From Acidobacteriota bacterium (GTDB taxonomy: Bacteria > Acidobacteriota > UBA890 > WLXD01): a stretch of 64,000 bases of DNA. Below the pieces are notes generated by a model, which saw only the letters and a program-made list of their open reading frames with translations, ran no database searches and was not told where the DNA came from. Shown here piece by piece: positions 60,347 through 64,000 of the stretch. The stretch lies in assembly GCA_965205505.1 (NCBI GenBank), contig CBDBHB010000008.1, forward strand, positions 1,152,001-1,216,000. Reading direction: 5' to 3'. Made by a program: the position numbers and the translations under genes. How positions within the stretch are numbered: the first letter of the stretch is position 1; the number at the start of each line of letters is the position of its first letter.

Positions 60347-60973
60347 TCAGGCCTTCTCCATGAGGGCGCCCCTCCCATCCAGGCGATCAAAGCGCTCGTT
60401 GAACTTGGAGACCTCGGCCTCATCCCGGTTCGCCTTCATGATGAGGTAGTGCGCGTACATCACCCACGCCCGGTACGTGTCGACCACGAAAACGTCGACG
60501 GCGAATACGAACTTGTGGTCCAGTTCAACCAGGTGGTTACCACCGGTCGTCGTGATCGTGAAGTCTCGATGAGATCCACGCCATGGATTCGCCGCCGCCA
60601 AGTTGTGCATCAATCCACACCGCAGGTGGCTGTAGATCCAGCCTCGATGCCCGGAATAGTTCGGCGGGAAGTATTCGGCCATGAAGCGCTTGTAGTCTGC
60701 ACCGGATGTCTGTTTGCCACTGTGGAAGCCGGCCAGGTAGTCGACAACTGCGAGAGCGAGAACAGCGGCGGCGAGCTCGGACTTGATGGACAAGCAGGAC
60801 TTGGCCTCCTGAAGCACCGCGAAGACATGCTTCCGCACCTTGTCGAGCTTCATCTCGAGCGGCAAATCGATCAACTGGCCACCCGGCCAAACGATGTCCC
60901 CGAAGTCGACGAAGTAGTCCTCGATCTTCCAGTCCGGATCGGAACCTCGGATTTCGTCGGCCATCCTATCCAT
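60347..60973 (-). CDS. Cassette 3: hypothetical protein with HEPN-like RxxxxH motif
   Basis: Helical-looking ORF with IYSHLRCGLMHN. Confidence 0.7.
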   Translation of the reverse strand: MDRMADEIRGSDPDWKIEDYFVDFGDIVWPGGQLIDLPLEMKLDKVRKHVFAVLQEAKSCLSIKSELAAAVLALAVVDYLAGFHSGKQTSGADYKRFMAEYFPPNYSGHRGWIYSHLRCGLMHNLAAANPWRGSHRDFTITTTGGNHLVELDHKFVFAVDVFVVDTYRAWVMYAHYLIMKANRDEAEVSKFNERFDRLDGRGALMEKA

Positions 60974-60977
60974 GTCT

Positions 60978-61043
60978 CGCTAACGGCCGGGCCGATCAGC
61001 GGCCGCCGCGAAGCGGCGGTCCGGCTGCATCGGCTTGTTAGGC
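60978..61043 (-). other. attC2
   Basis: R'' GCCTAAC (contains the ORF stop), R' GTTAGCG; GCCGATCAGCGGCCGCCGC GAA GCGGCGGTCCGGCTGCATCGGC. Confidence 0.92.
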
Positions 61044-61586
61044 CTTCTCATCGTAAGAGTCCTCATGCCGGCACAGTATGTCCCCTGGCTCGATGGACGA
61101 AACGACGTCATCAAACCGCTTCAGTAGGTGACGTGCGGAGATCATCTGTCCAGTTGGATCACCGACAAGGAGGTCACGGTTTGGAACGTCCCATTCCTCA
61201 GGCGACCGGCCGGATGTGACGGCCCTTCTCTTTCCTGGTGGTTCCATTTTCGCCGCGGGCATTCTTGCCTGCGCGAGTTCTGTCTTGAGCGAGGCCAGCT
61301 GGTTGCTAAGCTCCGGGGTGAAGCACTCTCTAGCTTGGCACATCGTGCGGACAACCTCGTAGGCACCCAAGGTCCAGAACCACATGAGCATGCCTGCGCG
61401 CCCGAATCGCCCACCATCCACAACATCTCCGGAGCATGCGGTCTCGAGGTTCTCCAGTACCTCGCTTCCGAGTTCGCGGAGGCAAGAGACCCGGCCAGAG
61501 AGATACCAAGAGAACGAGATCAGTGGATCGCGCTCCACCATCTCTTCCAAGGTCGGGTTCCGAAGAGGCGCTTCTCTATTGCGCAT
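61038..61586 (-). CDS. Cassette 2: hypothetical protein
   Basis: Fills the cassette; stop codon lies in R''. Confidence 0.75.
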   Translation of the reverse strand: MRNREAPLRNPTLEEMVERDPLISFSWYLSGRVSCLRELGSEVLENLETACSGDVVDGGRFGRAGMLMWFWTLGAYEVVRTMCQARECFTPELSNQLASLKTELAQARMPAAKMEPPGKRRAVTSGRSPEEWDVPNRDLLVGDPTGQMISARHLLKRFDDVVSSIEPGDILCRHEDSYDEKA

Positions 61587-61596
61587 TGCTTGATAG

Positions 61597-61720
61597 GCCT
61601 AACGGTCCAGAGCCTCAGCTGCGGCGCGCCCACCGCCCATCAGTAGAAACGCCAGAGCCTCTGGGTTTCTAAGGCTCCCCAACCAGACGCGGCGCCGGCA
61701 GCTGCTGGCTCCTGTTAGAC
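61597..61720 (-). other. attC1
   Basis: R'' GTCTAAC, R' GTTAGGC; GAGCCTCAGCTGCGGCGC / GCGCCGGCAGCTGCTGGCTC. Confidence 0.9.
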
Positions 61721-61727
61721 AGACAGA

Positions 61728-61940
61728 CTACAGGAGCTTCTTGAACGCTTCGGGAGTCAGCCCAGCGTCGCGAGCGATACCGCCCATCGTGTAGGCGTTG
61801 ATCGGGTTGGCTCGCGGGATCGTGAGGATGCGCGCTCCGTCCGTCATGATGACGTGTTTGCCTTCTCGCGCAACGCGAAAGCCGCCTTTCTGCAGTGCCT
61901 TGATTGCTCGCTTGTGATTGATGCCGGGGATCTTTGGCAT
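61728..61940 (-). CDS. hicA: Cassette 1: HicA toxin
   Basis: ALQKGGFRVAREGKH, TIPR, GIARDAGLT. Confidence 0.88.
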   Translation of the reverse strand: MPKIPGINHKRAIKALQKGGFRVAREGKHVIMTDGARILTIPRANPINAYTMGGIARDAGLTPEAFKKLL

Positions 61941-61943
61941 CCG

Positions 61944-62141
61944 CTAGATAGCGATCTCGATCTCTCGAACGTCGGCGTCCTTGGTCAGATCCGCGACCAC
62001 CTGTAGGTACTCGCGCACGGCGACCTTGATGTTGTCCATCGCCTCGTTCTCATCAACTCCTTGCGACCAACAACCCGGGAGCCCTGGCACAGAAGCGCTC
62101 ACGCCCTCTTCGGACTGCTGCAATACGACCTTGTACTTCAT
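61944..62141 (-). CDS. hicB: Cassette 1: short HicB antitoxin
   Basis: SVPGLPGCWSQG...EAMDNIKVAVREYL. Confidence 0.88.
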   Translation of the reverse strand: MKYKVVLQQSEEGVSASVPGLPGCWSQGVDENEAMDNIKVAVREYLQVVADLTKDADVREIEIAI

Positions 62142-62172
62142 GCCTAGAGGTTAGCGCCGAGGATCGACTGCT

Positions 62173-62200
62173 GTCTAACAAGTATTCGATTGCGTTTGCC
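62173..62200 (-). other. attI core (putative)
   Basis: GTTAGAC (62173-79) with no attC arm upstream, complementary to R'' of cassette 1; lies 3' of intI. Confidence 0.75.
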
Positions 62201-62350
62201 GGACGCTCATAGTTGCCGACCCATGCAGCCAACGCAATGGAAGCGAATTGCACACGGACCGGCCGGATACGCGGCCAGCCAAGCGCGCAAGACGGTTAGC
62301 CGCCGCCAATCGCGGCTAACACTGACGTACCGTCGATGGTGGGCCCGCGG

Positions 62351-63211
62351 CTAAGGCTGATCGAGACTGTCGGCCGGGCTCTGAACTCCCCTACCAGCGT
62401 TCAGGACGTGGGTGTAGATCATCGTCGTCTTGAGATGACGGTGTCCTAGCAGTTCTTGGACAGTGCGGATGTCGTAGCCAGCCTGCAGCAGATGCGTGGC
62501 GAACGAATGCCGAAGGGTGTGGGCGCTGGCTTTCTTGACGATTCCGGATCCTACGACGGCCTTGCGCATCGCTCGCTGAATCACAGATTCGTGTAGGTGA
62601 TGACGGCGACGCTGCCCGGTAACGCGGTCGGTATAGGTTCGCGTTGCCGCGAAGACCCACTGCCATTTCCATTCTCGACTCGCGCCTGGCATCTTGGCGG
62701 AAAGGTGCCCCGGCAGCTCGACGTGTCCGCGGCCGCGGGCGAGATCTTCCTCGTGGAGCTCTTTCCGAGTCGCCAGGTGCACCCGCAGCGGTTTCACCGC
62801 GGTTGCGGCCAAGACAGTTCGCCGGTCTCGCTTGCTCTTGCCGTCGTAGATCACGATCTGTCGAGTTGTCAGATCGACGTCCTTGATACGTAGACGCAGC
62901 GTCTCCAGCAAGCGGAGACCAGATCCGTACAACAGTATGGCCACCAGGCGGGATCGGTCGTCGAGCCCTGCCAACACGGCCCGCACTTCGTCGCGCGTCA
63001 GTGCTACGGGTATCCGGCGTCGCCTCTGAGCGCGGACCACATGCTCAATTTCACCGGGGTCACGGCCGATCACGTGGCGGTAGAGGAAGAGTATCGCCGC
63101 TAGCGCTTGATTCTGGGTCGACGGGCTCACGCCCCGCACGATGGCCAGATGGCTCAAGAACCGTCCGAACGCTTTCGCGTGCCCGGTCCCTACCTCGCGC
63201 GTGCGTCCCAT
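62351..63211 (-). CDS. intI: Integron integrase, N-terminally truncated
   Basis: STQNQALAAILFLY, GSGLRLLE, IntI-specific insert (LHEEDLARG...LPGHLSAKMPGASREWKWQWVF), RRHHLHES, HTLRHSFATHLL, QELLGH, TTMIYTHV. Confidence 0.95.
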   Translation of the reverse strand: MGRTREVGTGHAKAFGRFLSHLAIVRGVSPSTQNQALAAILFLYRHVIGRDPGEIEHVVRAQRRRRIPVALTRDEVRAVLAGLDDRSRLVAILLYGSGLRLLETLRLRIKDVDLTTRQIVIYDGKSKRDRRTVLAATAVKPLRVHLATRKELHEEDLARGRGHVELPGHLSAKMPGASREWKWQWVFAATRTYTDRVTGQRRRHHLHESVIQRAMRKAVVGSGIVKKASAHTLRHSFATHLLQAGYDIRTVQELLGHRHLKTTMIYTHVLNAGRGVQSPADSLDQP

Positions 63212-63272
63212 TCATTAGCTGAGATGGTCAGCGAGCGTGCAGATCGAATCGCTCCACGTCGAGTCGAGGCGC

Positions 63273-63629
63273 TCAGCCACCGTAGGGCAGCGACAGCACG
63301 AGACGAAGGCCTGCGTCGATTTCTGATAGAGCGGCATCGGACAGTCTGCCTGCGCGCTCGGTCAAGAACCGTCGATCGACGGTCAGGATCTGGGAAACGT
63401 TGACGACGGATGACTTCGCGAGCCTCCCCTGACGAGCCGTCAGGCGGACGTTGCCGGGAGCGTCGCTCAGACTGAGGTTCGAGGTGATCGCCGCGACGAC
63501 CACTGTACGGATACTGCTTCGGTTGTACGCGTCCGACTGTACGACGAGGACGGGACGCCGATAGCCAGGACCGGAACCGCGTGGATCTCCCAGGCTCGCC
63601 CACCAGATCTCGCCCCTGTGGATCACCAT
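63273..63629 (-). CDS. mazF: PemK/MazF-family toxin
   Basis: RGEIWWASL, RRPVLVVQSD, SVVNVSQILTVD. Confidence 0.9.
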   Translation of the reverse strand: MVIHRGEIWWASLGDPRGSGPGYRRPVLVVQSDAYNRSSIRTVVVAAITSNLSLSDAPGNVRLTARQGRLAKSSVVNVSQILTVDRRFLTERAGRLSDAALSEIDAGLRLVLSLPYGG

Positions 63630-63865
63630 TCCTCATCTGGAAGGCTTACGCGCTGCAGCTCGGCAAGGACCGGATCCAGTGTCGACCCGTCGGGATGGTC
63701 GGCGTAAACCGCGTCGAGTGCCTCGGTTACGGAACGGACGTCGTGCTCGTCCAGGAACTCGCGCAACGCACTCCTGTACAACTCACTACGGCTCATGCCC
63801 AGGCGCTCCGCTGCCTGCTCGGCGGCGGCAAACAGCTCATCGGGGATGGAGATCGCCGTTTTCAT
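63623..63865 (-). CDS. Ribbon-helix-helix antitoxin (MazE-like partner)
   Basis: MKTAISIPDELF...SRSELY; overlaps the toxin start. Confidence 0.88.
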   Translation of the reverse strand: MKTAISIPDELFAAAEQAAERLGMSRSELYRSALREFLDEHDVRSVTEALDAVYADHPDGSTLDPVLAELQRVSLPDEEW

Positions 63866-63872
63866 GCATGTG

Positions 63873-63891
63873 AGTATAACTATCGTTATAC
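63873..63891 (-). promoter_or_regulatory. TA operator and -10 box
   Basis: IR GTATAAC-TATC-GTTATAC; minus-strand TATACT 7 nt before the ATG. Confidence 0.75.
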
Positions 63892-64000
63892 CGACGATCC
63901 AGACCTGAACCGGTGGTGCGCCGCCTACTCCCTCTCCCCCGCCGTCTCCGTCATGTCCCCACGCGCCCGCTGCATCTGCTTGGGCAACGCATCATCCGTC

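Noticed and set aside
54183-61720. CRISPR array or REP repeats from recurring CAGCTG motifs
   Set aside because: Spacing is gene-sized and the repeats have R''/L''/L'/R' attC structure; no cas genes

Overview
High-GC bacterial chromosomal window. The Ser/Thr-kinase tail motif NWFDELKRLVP, the CarboxypepD_reg-TonB receptor, the TPR-sulfatase and the CehA/McbA hydrolases suggest Acidobacteriota; this assignment is inference. Left half (1-33 kb): mostly exported catabolic enzymes (amidohydrolases, quinohemoprotein PQQ dehydrogenase, Tat-signal Rieske oxygenase next to an SpdH-like flavoprotein, M28 peptidase, GcvT-type dehydrogenase). It also holds an IS3 element inserted exactly at a start codon, an IS6-like MITE, a 60-bp palindrome and a probable selenoprotein methyltransferase (in-frame UGA plus SECIS-like hairpin) that the ORF track truncates. 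Right end (54-64 kb): a chromosomal integron of the 'inverted integrase' type. An N-terminally truncated intI is co-oriented with, and lies upstream of, attI and nine cassettes with matching R''/R' boxes. Cassette cargo includes hicBA, a HEPN-motif protein, a frameshifted RlmJ-like methyltransferase, an O-methyltransferase, secreted enzymes and unknown proteins. The 33-54 kb region looks like the eroded distal array: attC remnants, gene fragments, a second hicA tail, higBA, repeated kinase-gene 5' and 3' ends around unrelated cargo, and an SDR gene broken by a nested IS-in-IS. No rRNA, tRNA or CRISPR array was found. All family calls come from visual motif recognition, not database searches.
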